Below, piece after piece: positions 38,151 through 51,577 of a DNA stretch of 64,000 bases (within the stretch, counting starts at the first letter, position 1; the number at the start of each line of letters is the position of its first letter). Source of the DNA: Callorhinchus milii (taxonomy: Eukaryota); NCBI RefSeq assembly GCF_018977255.1, contig NW_024704743.1, positions 19,656,001-19,720,000 of the forward strand, in the 5' to 3' direction. The translations under genes and the position numbers were made by a program. The notes under the pieces are model-generated. The model had not been told where the DNA came from, made no database searches, and saw only the letters and a program-made list of their open reading frames with translations.

Positions 38151-40225
38151 GTACATATATAAAGCTGGGGTCATGTATGTATGTATATATATATATAATA
38201 TATAAACAGAAAGCCACAAACAAAGAGATATAAAAAATGTATTGCATGCAAATTAGATTTGAAAATGTAATATTGGGGATAGAGTTCCCTTGCTCTTATG
38301 CAATATTATGCTTCAGCAACCAAAGACCAATGAATGTGGTATAAAGTAATGCAGCTGGCAGCAGTTAGCTTGTTTCAATCTGTCACTATGCAGAGCACAA
38401 TAGCTGCTTCGTAAAAAGATTTGCTTTTTCTAAAGTGTTATAAATCAACAACGAACAGAGCCTTGAGGGAAGAATGAAAATAATCTCTAAATGTTGCTAT
38501 CGTAAATTGATGGGTCTTCATGGGATAATCTGCTGTTTTTTCGATGATTATGTTTTGACTAAATTCAAGAAGCATTTTTTTGTGTTAGCGTTAAAATTCT
38601 AAATTCTACCCAGAAAGTGGGAATAGCTTTGACTATCTTCAGATTCCACCATTAGGTCCATCCTCAACTGAAATATTGTTTTGGTTTTCACGACACCCTG
38701 TGATAGGCATCAAACCTTTCAGATGGAACAAACAATTCTAGCAGATGTTCAAAATAAAGTTTAGCCTCAGAAAGCAATTCCTGAAAAACCCTTATTCTTT
38801 CATCAGAGAAAAGTCTTGTAATGGAAAAGTTTGCCTGAATCTGACCAATTAGATGGAAGCCTATAGCTAGATTTGTCCTTGGATAATATGAAATCAATAA
38901 TTGCTAAGGTCATAAGATGATTTCACATAAATACTGTCCTGTGATCTCTTTACAGTTTATATTTTGCAAATCTAACACTATCAAGGCATGTGGTTATTGT
39001 GTATTTCTAAATCCTAGTTTTGAATATGGGACAGATTCAAGGCAAGATAATAAGGCAATGAAGTCAATGTGTTCCAATACAGATCCCTCACTGTAAAGGA
39101 GTACAATTAAAGCCACAGGGCTTTCGCAATTATAAGAAAGGTAATTTAACTGAGATTTATGCTGAGTTTATTTCACATTTCTTTCACCTGACTCCTTTCA
39201 TCAGCAACCAAGTCTTCAACAACCATTTGAGTTATACATGATCCTCGATATCTTCATCTGCTAGGTATTGTAGAGGGCACTGAGGCTTTGTCTTTCGGCA
39301 TTTATGTTACTAATAAATACAGTAAGAAACTGATTTAAGTTGGACATGTCACCATTATGGCCATGGATTTATCTATCCCTCTTTCTGAAACCTCATTCTT
39401 TAATCTGTGACACAATGTGAAGCAACATTGGTCTGTACAGCTGAACAAGTAATATATTGTAATATTGAGAGCAGACAAGGTGACTTTCACCTCCAAACAT
39501 GTATTTAAAAAACAGTATGTAATTTTTACCAGATGTATTTTCCAGTCAGTCCAAACGAGAATGAATAGAAATCACCACATATGCACCAAATGTGTTTCAA
39601 TGGACCATTGCAATATAGGCACGTGTGCAGGAATTGGACATTAACGGCAATTGAATCCAAAACAAACCTTTGCACAAATAAATGTTTCCTTATCTAATTT
39701 TTAACCATCTTAAATCCAAGATAATTATTAATAGTACTAATAAAAATAATCCTTCCATTTGGCATAGCATCTTTCAGGACATACCAAAGCGCATCACAGA
39801 ATTTATTGTGAAGTGAAGTGAGTGTGTATTTGTAGGTGAATCTGGTCGTCCATTTGCAAACAGCATTGTCTCACAAGCAGTGATGAAGCAAATGACCAAT
39901 TTTATTTAGGGGAGTTGTTAGCCAGGACATTGGGAGAAACTCCACATCCACTTGAACACGCTAACAGGACCTTGAATGAGCATCTCATTCAAAGAGCAAC
40001 AACTCCAAAAATGCAACCCCAAGCACTGCATTGGAGAAGTAGGTAAAAAGCACTCCAGTGACATAACTGCTGCTGATGAAAGGGTCTGCAACAAATACAG
40101 TGTTTTATTTTGGCTCAGTCATGAGATACAATTGTAGCTATCCTACAGGCAGCAACACAGTATGTCCCTATTGTGGATGAAGTACCATCTGGAGAATGGA
40201 CACCTCCACAGATACCTCCAGGTCA

Positions 40226-40593
40226 GATAATAATAATAATCCTTGTATTTGATACAGCGCCTTATCACACCTTTGATACGTCTCAAAGCGCTTCACAGAA
40301 TATACTGTAAAGTGAATTGGCTGTATTTTGTGGGCGAAACGTAGCAACCAATTGCACACAGCAGTGTCCCACAAACAGTTGTGGATTAACTATGTATTTT
40401 TGTTTTGGAAGGGATTATTACCCCCAGAAAAGCAATTCCCCAATCGACTAACTACTGGGTTCCTACTTACTGATAGGTAAACAATGACGTGTGGAGTAAG
40501 GAAACTTGCCCAACGTCTTGCCCTGCTGGGAATCGAACCCAAGTCCTCCTACTTGTGAAGCAAGTGTTCTAATCACTGAGCTAAAGACTCCAC
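40226..40593 (-). mobile_element. tRNA-SINE, long subfamily
   Basis: Reverse complement of head, GGTTCCTACTTACTG.TAGGTAAACA block and tail. Confidence 0.88.
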
Positions 40594-42354
40594 AGATGTT
40601 TTTTTCCTCACCAAATAACTTAGTATAGGGTTTTCTGCAGCTATCTTGCACCCAGCATTGGAGAGGATTGTGGAGGTTCATTCTTTTTGCAAAGTTTAAT
40701 TGGCTCCAAAAGGCATTTGTTCCATAAACCATGTGATTTAAATTAATAGTCAAACCTGTCTTGCCACAACCAAACAATTTTTCAAAAATAAAGTAGGAAA
40801 GTGTTTAAATATCCACATTTTGTTAAAAAAAATGCAAGTTTTAAAAGATCTATGCTGGACTACTATGCGGGACCTGACATGGGAACATGGTTTGTACAGG
40901 TTAAAGACTTGCCTTCCTGATAACTCAATAGATTTTGCCCAATGAGAAGCAATATCCAGAATAACCTTACTGTCATAGGAAAGGAACGTAGGCTGTTCCC
41001 AAAGGTCAGATAGTTTGTTTCCTGGTTATTAGGGTTCTGTTACATGATAAAATATTTTTTTTGGGGGGTGAGGAGGGTGGTGATGGGTAAGGGGCTTCTG
41101 ACACGTGTGGAAATACCACACTTAAGAGTAACCAAACCCAGCTGGGATTTCCATGCATCCCACCTACACATGGAAAAGCCAGAGACAGATTATTGGAATG
41201 GAATGTGCACTCTCTCCCTGGAGGGATGCATCCTGTTTACCAAATTCATGAAAGTATTAGGTGCAGTTTGGTACGAACCAAGGCTTGAGGAACCCAGAGT
41301 GCGTTGGGGTACTGCTGGAGTCTTAATGAGCTAAAAACGCATAGCTTGCCATTGATATTGCTGTCTGGCAAGCTTTTCCCCTGCTTGTCCAGGTAGGTGA
41401 TGAGTTTCTGCATGTGTCAGACATCCAGCTGACCATAAAAACTGAAACATTGAGACAACAACAACAACAACAAATTACATTGTATAGTGCCTTCCACGTC
41501 GGAAAGACATCCCAGGGCACTGGAACCATTGAGACATGAAATCGTGAAAGTGTTTGTGCATTGGGATTTCTGGGGTGAGTAAACTGAACTATTGTATTCA
41601 TTCTGAATGAAAGAGTAAGGATTTAAACTGGATTATGAGAAAACCAGGAAAGAGAAAGTAGAAACCCACAAAGCACTGTCTAATGGGTTCGGTCGGTGAG
41701 ACATTGTTTAACAAAGCAAGAATCATTTAATTTTAAAAATCCCCTATTTCTCATACCTTTTAACTGAATTATTTGGCACATCCTGTTCTAATTCTGTCTT
41801 GTATTTTTTGACACAATCTGCCCCCATCATCTCCCTGGACAGTCGTGAAGGTGTCTATTTAATCACAATTGATTGTGTCAAATAATTAAATTAAAACATT
41901 CTGTTTATCTTCCCTCTTCTGAGCTTTATCCCCTTATAGAATGTTTTGCCCATGTTAAAGGGTTCAGTATACCAATACCCTTTAGGGTTCTGAATGATTC
42001 AGTACAAACTCTTCAAGCCCTTCTCTTTAATATGAACATTATTGAATAAATCCAAATAGTGGTCAATGACATTTGTTTTGACTGTGGCTTCAATTGGCCT
42101 GATGCAGTCAAAAGCCTTTAAGCTGTGAACAAACCTACATATTTCGGCAGAATTAATGTCCTTCGAAGCGCAAATTATTGCCAGTTGAACACAATACACA
42201 ATGCTACATTGTGTTTCAAAATTTGAATAAAAACCTACAGTTCTGTGCAATACTTTTAAAATTATTTTACTTTTTAGCAAATTATCCTGGCCCCTTTACA
42301 GAAACATGAAGGAAGGGTATGATTATTTTCTCAAAACCTATCTCTGAATGCCCT

Positions 42355-43300
42355 ATCAACCAGACTCATTTGGTAGCTTTCTCCTCTGAGTCAGAAGGTT
42401 GAGGGTTGGAGTTCTAACATCCAGACTGTGAACTCACAGAGGCTAGGATAACACTCAAATGTATGTCAAGGCATTTGTTGTTATTGCTACATTGTGGGAG
42501 ATTCTGCCGTCCTTCAGCTCCTGTGGATTGGCAAGCCTGAGATCTTTCCACAGATGTTTCATTTAGAAACAAATGTTCAGGGGAAGTGACTATTAAATCT
42601 CGGTAACAAATAAAATCGTACATCTTCAATCCAACCACAATTTCAACAGTGATCAAAATTGACTTTAAGATTGCCTGATTAACTCAGATGAGACCTTAAA
42701 CCAAACAGTCCTGTCTGTTTGTTGAGGTGGCCATTAAAGATGCCATGGGACCTTTTGAAAAGAGAATTGGGTTCATACTGGTGCCCTGGTCAAAAATCCC
42801 CCCAATAAGATTGTTCATTCACTTTATGGCTGTTTGTGGGATGTAGCTATGTTCAAATTGACTGTGTTAATGGCTTACAAAATACACAGTCACTATAGTT
42901 TATAGTGTATAGAAACATAGAAACAGGAATAGGCTATTCAGCCCCTCGAGGGTTTTCCACCATTCTATAAGATCATGGCTGATCTGTACTTCAAAACCAG
43001 TTATTGCCCCATATCCCTTAATACCCTGACCTATCTATTCACCTCTTCAGTCTTGAAAATGTAAATGGATCCAGCATCCACAGCCTTTTGAGGGAGAGAG
43101 TTTCAGATTTCCACCATCCTTTGCGTGAAAAACTGCTTCTTGATTTCACTCCTAAATGGCCTAGCTCTAATTTTAAGATTATGCTTCCCTTGCTCTGGAT
43201 TCCTCTACCAAAGGAAATAGTTTCCCTTTATCCTGGGAAGGGCTTTGAGACGTTCTCCTGATATGAAAGGCACTTATCAAATGTAAGGATTAGTATAATT
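42355..43300 (+). mobile_element. Deu-domain SINE split by a 170-bp templated insert and a CR1 fragment
   Basis: Head 42355-42517, core resumes 42688-42910, tail resumes about 43232-43300. Confidence 0.8.
42908..43232 (-). mobile_element. CR1 3' fragment nested in a Deu SINE
   Basis: ATAGAAACATAGAAAC tail repeat, then GGCTATTCAGCCCCTCGAG...GATCATGGCTGATCT, the reverse CR1 3' UTR. Similar fragments at about 4900-5090(-) and 46530-46790(-). Confidence 0.85.
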
Positions 43301-43396
43301 ATTTAACTACATTTGAGCACGATTATTATAATTTTTTAAAGTCCTGCTTTTGAACCTTGTGGGATTTTGTGGTATTAGGAACCTGGGAACCTTCCA

Positions 43397-43641
43397 AATT
43401 TTTTCACACAGCGAGTTGTTCACCTGGAATGCATTGCCTGAAAGGGTGATGGAAGCCGATTCAATAACAACTTTTAAGAGAGAAGTAGATAATTATTTGG
43501 GGACGACAAGGTTGCAGGGCTATGGGGAGAGAGAGCGAGGGAATGGGATTGATTTGGATAGCTCTTTTCAAATGGCGGGCACAGACACGATGGGCCGAAT
43601 GGCCTCCTTCTGTGCTGTATAAATTCTTTGATTCTACGATT
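43397..43641 (+). mobile_element. CR1 3' fragment with 6-bp TSD
   Basis: FFTQRVV..WNALPERVMEADSITTFKREVD, tail GATGGGCCGAATGGCCTCCTTCTGTGCTG..GATTCTACGATT; CTTCCA at 43391-43396 and 43642-43647. Confidence 0.9.
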
Positions 43642-44644
43642 CTTCCAGGAGCAGTTTCATTTAGAAACAAATGCTCAGGGGAAGTGACTATTAAATCTTG
43701 GTGATGAATGAAATTGTACATCTTTAATCCAACCACAATTGCAACGTGATCAAAATCGACTTTAAGGATGCTTGATTAATTCAGGTCAGGCTTCATTTAT
43801 TTTTATTGCAGACCTGTCTTTCCCCAGTGTGGGGGGACTTTATGTTATGGTGCTGTTCATCTGGTGCGCAACCACAAAAAAAGCTTGTCAAACACATAAA
43901 TTAAAAAGATTTTGTTGGATTTTAACTCACTTCAAAATGCCAAAGGCTTTTGGGATACTGGGTTCCTTTTGCAAATGGGCATGTCGGTAACTACTCCTGT
44001 GTGTGTTTTCACCACTATGAACATTGTCTTAATTACAGCATCTTCAGAATAATTCAGTTGGATGTTCAGTTGGAACCAACACGTTGCCATACAAATAACT
44101 ACACTATTTGAGGCAAGATGTGTGTTTCTGCCAACACTTCATCATATTTGGAAACTTCCTGGATCTCCAAGGGGAGGCATGATTGAATGAAATGGCATAT
44201 AGGACCATTTGGGCTTCAGAGAGAGATCATCATAGCTGCTGCTATGTCTATCTGCAGTACTTGATCCAGTTTTGTATTGTCAATTTGGCTCAGTTCGTAT
44301 CACTATCACCTCTGAGTTAAAAGGCTGTGGGTTTGGGACTGGAGCTTATGATCTACTGCACTACAGGAACAGCCATGGTTTGTTGGAGATGCCGTCCTCA
44401 GGCGAGACGTTAAATCAAGGCCCTGTCTGCCTGTTCAAGTTGAAGGTTCCAGGACAGTATTCAACAAGAGAAGAGTGTCTTCTGGTGTCCTTGTCAACAA
44501 TCTTCCAGATTAATTGGTTATTCTCATTGCTATTTGTGGGATTATAATGGTACAGATGGCTGCTTTGTTTGCTTACAAATATGGTCACCAAATCTGGCAG
44601 TAATAGTGAAGTGTTTTGTGGTGTTTTGATGTGATAAGCATTTG

Positions 44645-45212
44645 TCAGCCTGGCTCAGTTGGCAGCAGTCTTGCTTCTAAGTCAGAAAATTGTGGATTCA
44701 TACCCCAGATTGTGACTTGGAACTCATATAGTCTAAGATGACACTCCAATGCAGTGCTGGGGGTTAAGTGCTCTAAGACGTTATCCTGCATGAAGGACAA
44801 CAACAAAATTACATTTATAAAGCGCCTTTCACGTTGGGAGGACGTCCCAAGGCACTGGACGCTATACAAATGCAAGTCGTTCTTGTTGTTGGGGGTGTGC
44901 TGCATTCTTCGAGGTGCAGTCCTTCAGATGAGACATTAAATTGAGGTCCCATCTGCCTGTTCAGGTGGACAATAAAGATCCCATGGCATAATTTGAAAAG
45001 AGAAGGAAGTTTCTCCCGGTGTCCTGGCCAACAATGCAGCAAAGAAAATAGGTCATTCATTTCATAGCTGTTTGTGAGACATTACTGTGCAACAAGTTGG
45101 CTGTTGGTTCACCTACAAAACACGCAATCACTACACTTTACAGTATATCCTGTAAATAGCTTTGAGATAGTCTCCTGATATGAAAGGTATTGTGTAAGGC
45201 TTATTATTATTT
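44645..45212 (+). mobile_element. Deu-domain SINE (SacSINE1/AmnSINE1-like), near full length, with nested L2 tails
   Basis: Head GTCAGCCTGGCTCAGTTGG...GTCAGAA, Deu core GGTGC.GTCCTTCAGATGAGAC.TTAAA..GAGGTCCC.TCTGCCTGTTCAGGTGGAC..TAAAGATCCCATGGCA, L2-like tail. Confidence 0.85.
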
Positions 45213-47674
45213 TATTAAGGCACTCTAACAGTACAGGTTCTTCACTGCACCACTACTGTGGAGTTGAATATCTGCATTAAAAATGTATATAAAAGAAGGA
45301 AAGCATAGGGGAAAATATTCCAAATCGTATTCCCAATATAAATAAAGTACTCTGAGCTTCTCCGCAGAGAACACTTATAACTTACTGACAAGAGAGTCGT
45401 GTAGGTCTCCTTTGGGAGTGGAACCAGGTTTCAATGTATAGTGTTTTACTCTATGATGCACAAGTTTTAACTGCTATTGTTGTTGATGGCCCATTGTGGC
45501 AGTCTTTTTCTTTCATTTCACAGAGTACAAAGTAACGTTTGTCAGTAAAGCAGACTGCACAGGTCAAGCATCATTATGGTACTCACAGTGGCTCCCTTTT
45601 CACTTGGTTGAAAGAGATGTAGTGATTGAGTAGCTATTGATTACTACCATCTGACTTGGTGAGGCTTTTTTATGATTTCATCTTATTTCACTGGTAGTTA
45701 TATACATTTATGAATCATCTTCCATTTTTCTACATATGGCCAATGGATTATTTTTATACACCTTTGATGCTCCAGAGAGCTCAGAAGAGGTCATAGCAGG
45801 GAGTTGCCATGGTTACATGGTTACACTTACGAAGGTGAGAGGAATCACATAGCTCTTTGATTTTTCTTTAAATTCTCTTAGTTCGAATAAACTGTTATCT
45901 GGCGTACAGAAAAACAATTCGATTAGTTTGTGTCCCCTGTTATCTCTGATCTCCTCCTACCCTGTTCTTCTGCTGATTCCCTCCGCTCAGCTAACTCAGG
46001 CTTACTGTGCATCCACCATCCTCTCTACGTCACTATTGGTGGTTGAGCCTTGAGTTCCTACATCCCTAACTTCTGGAACCGTATCCCTCTACTACTTTGT
46101 CTCATTCCGTCTATGTCTTTCTTTAAGTCCCAGCTCAAATCCTATTTCTTTGAAACCACCTATCACCATCGCCCTTCCTCCCACTCCCTTGTTCGGTGTC
46201 CAACCCCATCCCTGTGAAGCACTTTGAAACATTTCCCAAAGTGAAGGATGTGGTATAAATGCGTCATTGTTGTAGTGGTTATCCACACCATGCAAACAAC
46301 CTCTCAAAGCCCCTGTGTAGTGAGGCAAGTGATTCCTCTGTGTGGGTGTGCTGCTGCACAACCTCTATTTGAAAGTGGGTCCAATAAAGTCCGTAGCCTC
46401 ATACAACTCAATAGGAGGTCCTCATTGTTCAGCGCTTTTCCCTGAGCTTCCTAATCCTCACCAATGCCAACATTGCCCTAGTATATGAGTTGTTGCCTGC
46501 TTGTTGGTGGAGTTGGTGTAAGAACAAGGGAAACATTTGCCCCATCAAATCTGCTCCACCATGTTGTTCGCCTATGGCATCTCTTTATCTTCTGTTTCCA
46601 TCTCCCTACCTTTTCTCCACATCCCTTAATACTCGGACTTCCTTGACCATTAATCTATTCCTTCAATGCTTCGATTGATTCTGCATCTACGACCTTCTGG
46701 GACAGTATTTTCCACATTCCTGTAACTCTTTGTGTGAAGAAATATTTTCTGGATGTACCATCTTAGTTCTAATTTTAAAGTGATGTGCTTCCCTTTCTAA
46801 ATATAAAGAGTGCTGAGGTTTGAGCCACAGTCATTTTGCATATTTAAATTCCTCCCTGCAGAACATTCACTATCTCATCATGTCATGTACAATGTAATTT
46901 ACATCAGCTTACCATTCTTGCTAACATTTCTTTGTGTCAGTGCAGTGTTTCTACATAACCTTTCTTAATGTGATTATATGTCCTACATTAAAATAATATT
47001 AATGCGTAACTTTTTGCTTCTCTTAAAATCCTGCAACTCTTTTTGAATACTCCCACCCTCTACCCCTGGAGAAGTTAGCAAAGGAATATTACTGCACTCT
47101 TTCTGTACATTTGTTACTTTTGGCATTAAAATAAATCTACCTTATTATGTCCATCCCCCACATACTCCTAACTCCCCTATTTTTAGCTTGTTTTCCTTCA
47201 TATTTGAAGCCATTACTTTGCTACAGTTTGTCTGGATTAAGGCGATCTGAATTATTTCGGAAAATTTGCAAATTCAGTTTTTCCGCACCCCTTTCTAAGT
47301 ACTGCAAAATAAAACGTCTTTCAAATTAAGGGTGAATTTAAGAATTGTCCAAAAAAATTCTACATAATTTTACATTTTAAAACGATAGTTTGAAGACAAA
47401 GACAGACAGTGATATCCTAAAGTTATTACAAACAAAATGAAGCAAAAATCAAGGAACGATATTTCCTGGGTCTATATAAAAATAACAATAATAATCCTTG
47501 CATTTGATATAGCACCTTGTCACGACTGCAAGATGTCTCGAAGCTCTTCACAGAATATACTGCAAAGTGAATTGACTGTATATTTTGTGGGCAAAACGCA
47601 GCCCACACAGCTATTGTATTTAAATGTGAATAACTGTAGTAGAAGGATGTTTGCAATATAAAATGGTTCTTCCA

Positions 47675-48100
47675 TACAGCTTGGTTCAAGATCCTGGTCC
47701 TCACCTTCAAAGCCCTCCACCGTCTTGCTCTCCCCTCTCTCTCCGACCTCCTAACCCTCTACCAACCTGTTCGCTCCCTCCACTCAGCGGGCTCTGGCCT
47801 GCTTCATATCCCCTGCCTTGCTCGCCTCACTATCGGCGGGCGGGCCTTCCGCCACTCTGCACCCACCTTCCGGAACTCCATCCCACAGTCCCTCCATATT
47901 GCCCCCTCCCTCGCCACCTTCAAGACCCACCTCAAGACCCTCCTCTTCGACCTTGCTTTCAATCTCCCTGCTTCCCCCCTGCCCTCCCCCCTCCCCCACC
48001 CCAACCCTCAGCTTGGGTCTGTAACTCTGTCTGTCCAGTGCCTTGGGACGTCCTCCCGATGTGAAAGGCGCTATACAAATGTAATTTTGTTATTGTTGTA
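47675..48100 (+). mobile_element. L2 LINE 3' fragment
   Basis: TTCAAGATCCTGGTCCTCACCTTCAAAGCCCTCCAC through C-rich UTR to GGGACGTCCTCCCGATGTGAAAGGCGCTATACAAATG tail. Confidence 0.9.
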
Positions 48101-48490
48101 ACTGGGAAAGAGTTTCTCTTTACTGTTGTGCAGCTTGGCTGATACTTTTTGGGGGTCAGTCAGCTGTCTGACACATATGGACACCCATCGCCATGTTTAA
48201 AGGTATGAAAACCAGCTTGAGCTCCATCCATGTCACCTACACATGGAAATTTCTGTGTCTGGAATGGTATTTATAGATTAGTGTTGAAATTGTAATATTC
48301 ACAAACCAGATTTTTGTATTGATTGTGACTTCCAGTTTGCAAATGTCAGGTTGAGAATCCCACAACTGAAAAGTGCATAAAATCCCACAAGCAAATCAAA
48401 AGGGGTAAATGGACATGTTTTTAAGACAATGCATGAAAAAATAACCAACTTCTGAGTTGCCAACGTCCTCGTCGACTGCACCTTCAGCCA

Positions 48491-48619
48491 CCCTCCCTGC
48501 CCTCCTACCCTCCCTGCCCTCCTACCCTCCCTGCCCTCCTACCCTCCCTGCCCTCCTACCCTCCCTGCCCTCCTACCTTCCCTGCCCTCCTACCCTCCCT
48601 GCCCTCCACCCTTCCCTGC
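48491..48619. repeat. 17-bp minisatellite (CCCTCCCTGCCCTCCTA) x about 7.5 inside an L2 3' UTR
   Basis: Five perfect units 48491-48575 then variants; flanked by L2 3' sequence (about 48465-48703). Confidence 0.93.
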
Positions 48620-50274
48620 TTGGGTCCAAATCCCTGACTGTCCAGCACCTTAGTACATCCTTCCGGCGCTATACAAATGTATTTTGTATTGTATTGTGTT
48701 GTTAGGTCGGCACTGACGTCACCTCCTGCAGTTAGACACAAGGAGTGTTGCTGACATCATTTCCCTTGTGACGTATGACGCAGTGCTTCCTGCACATGGC
48801 ACACATCCACGCATTATCCAGACAGTAACCTGGTGGTGCCTGGATGTTGGCAATTTTTCGCAAATAAACGGAAACAACTTGCCTTTGTATAGCACCTTTC
48901 ATGCAAGGGTAACATCTTACGGCATTGGAAAATGGTGTACTTTGCTGCTGAGCCAGTGGAGAATAAACGTGGCAGCATTATACTGAAGGCCACTATAAAC
49001 AGAGTTCCCCTAGATTTGTGTTTGTGAATCAAACTGTTGACTAGCAGGAACGGCAAGTATTATTTTCAAATAATTGAGACGTCTAACTTTTTATTTTCAT
49101 AAGATTAGAGGAAATGGGAATCAGGTTTAGACTAAGCACCGCTAGGGATTTTTTTTGTCCACAACACAGTTGTATTCCTAGCTGGCAGCACTCCTAGCTG
49201 ATGGTAAAGGGAATAAAAAACAAAGAAAAGCATTTTGTTTTTTAACCAATTACAAATTTGCCAAGCAGCCTTGTTGAGCTAGTGACCTCCAAAAACATCA
49301 ACTTATGTTTATATAGCACCCTTCACATGGGGCAGTGTCTCGGAACCCTGGACAGTGGCATAGTTTGACACCTTTGATTTTAGATATTTGCCATGGTTAA
49401 ATTCAACAAGAATATTCTCTACAGTACTGTTTTCTTATAGACCATATAGCGCATTTCACATTGAGGGGACATCTCAAACTACTTCACAGGATTTACGTAA
49501 AGTGTCAGGGACTGTATATTTAGTAGGTGAAAATGCTTCAGCCTTGAATTGAGAAACTACTGCAGAACACCTACAGCAATAAAATTAGCCTTAAGAGCAA
49601 CACTGAATTTCACTGCAAGTGATGGTTAATAATTTGTACAATTATTTAAAGTGTATCAGCAATTACTTGCAAAAAAAAAATTGGTTGCTGTATTTCGCCC
49701 ACAAAATATACAGTCAATTAATTTTACAGCATATTCTGTGAAGCACTTTGAGATGTCTCAACGTCATGATGAGGCGCTATAACAAATGAAAGGATTATTA
49801 TTTTTATTATTATTATTTACATTGTCTATTTTTACCTGGAATAAAACATCCCAAATGTGCAGAATAAAAAGTTAAATAGAAGAACAGGAGAAATATTTGT
49901 CATATTTCTTGAGTTCCCAATAATTCAATATATATTTTGAAAGAAAATAATAATTAGAATGTCAAGGCCAGAGTGAGAAATCATAGATATCTTGTGAAGC
50001 AGACAATAATTCTAGTCCTTGCTACATGTGACTCGCTCTTTCAGACACATTTATGAAGATATTAATCATTTGCCGACATTCTTCATTCTGACCATTTAAT
50101 TTGTTGGCGGAAATTACGATTCGTATTTCTCTATACGTCCCCTCAATGTGAAAGCCTCTATATCCGTGAGTGTATCACTCCCATCCTTGCTTGGTTCCTC
50201 GTTCCCCCAGCAGATCAAATTCAAGATTCTTGATCTCGACTTCAAATCCCTCCATACTCTCCCTAATCCCTACT

Positions 50275-50594
50275 TGTAGAGTCCTGCAACTCAGTGGTTA
50301 GAGCACTTGCCTTGCAAGCGAGACACCGGGGTTCAATTCCAGGCAGAGCGAAACCTTGGACAAGTTTTCTTACTCCACACGCCTAATAATATTCCCTCCA
50401 AAACAAAACAATAATAAATTGGTCATTTTCAATCCATGACTGTTTGTGGGACACTGCTATGCGCAATTGGCTGCCGCATTTCGCCCACAAATATACGGTC
50501 AGTTCACTTCACAGTATATTCTGTGAAGCGCTTTGAGACGTCTAACATTTATATAGTGAAAAGCGCTATATCAAATGCAAGGATTATTATGTTA
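50275..50594 (+). mobile_element. tRNA-SINE, short subfamily, inserted into an L2 fragment
   Basis: Full head-to-tail copy; L2 3' sequence continues on both sides (about 50165-50274 and 50595-50895). Confidence 0.88.
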
Positions 50595-51161
50595 TTCCGC
50601 AATCCCCTTCAACCCTACCCACCCAGCCACTCTCTTCACTGAACAAGCACCGCCCTGCTTCATGTTCCCCACTCTATCCAACCCATCAATGGCATGCAGG
50701 CTTTCAGCCATTCTGACCCTCCATCCTGGGGTCCCTTCAACTCCCTTCCTCCCCACGTTCAAGGCACATCTCAAGACGTCTGTTACCAAGCGTTTGATCA
50801 TCTTTCCCCTCCCCACACCCCCAGCTTGGGTGCCCAACCAGCAATGTTAAGTGCTTTGAGATGTGCTCCTGATATAAAAGGTACTATATAAATTTAAATT
50901 GATTAGTATTTTTGCATCAAATATATTATAATCCTTACATTTGAGACAGGGCCTTATCATGTCTTCGAGACGTCTCAATGCGCTTTACAGAAGACACTGT
51001 AAAGTGCAGTAAATATATATTTTGTGGGAGAACTGTAAGGATTATTATTATTATTATTCATTGGTATTATTATTTATTTCTGTACAAAATATCTAATCTG
51101 AAGATATTACTGAATTTACTCAGCAGAGGATATGTGACAGGGGATTGTTTTGATGCAAGGT

Positions 51162-51330
51162 CTAGAGTTTTCTCGGGAGGGGAGAGAACAGTTTGCTCTT
51201 AAGCACAATCTAGAGCTGTCCAGGAACAGGGCCTGGAATTTGTTCTAAGGCAGTGACTAGGGTTGACTTAGGAGTGGGCTCCAGGATTTGTTCTGGAGCA
51301 GGGATTAGAGTTTACTTGGGAGCAGGGACC
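51162..51330. repeat. Degenerate 48-bp tandem repeat (dimer of 24-mers), about 3.5 copies
   Basis: CTAGAG-like anchors recur at 51162, 51210, 51257, 51305; alternate units carry TTTGTTCT/TTTGCTCT. Confidence 0.65.
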
Positions 51331-51577
51331 TTAATTTTGAAGCCAGTTTTCTGCACACAGAAGAAAATAGACTTCAAAGTCTGACCTCAAAAATTTACCA
51401 AAACTGCTACATGAAAAGAATAATTTTAATGCCAGGTGTAATTTTACCCTGATGTGCAGTTTAAAATTAAGTTGTCATGTTAATATTATAAGTTAAAAGA
51501 CTGGGAAAAGGTTTTAGAAATTAACTAAACTAAAAGCGGCACTTTTTAATTCCAAATGGGCTGGAGGGAGAAACTAT

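Noticed and set aside
48491..51330. Tandem arrays as CRISPR-like repeats
   Set aside because: No unique spacers and no cas genes; vertebrate intron context.
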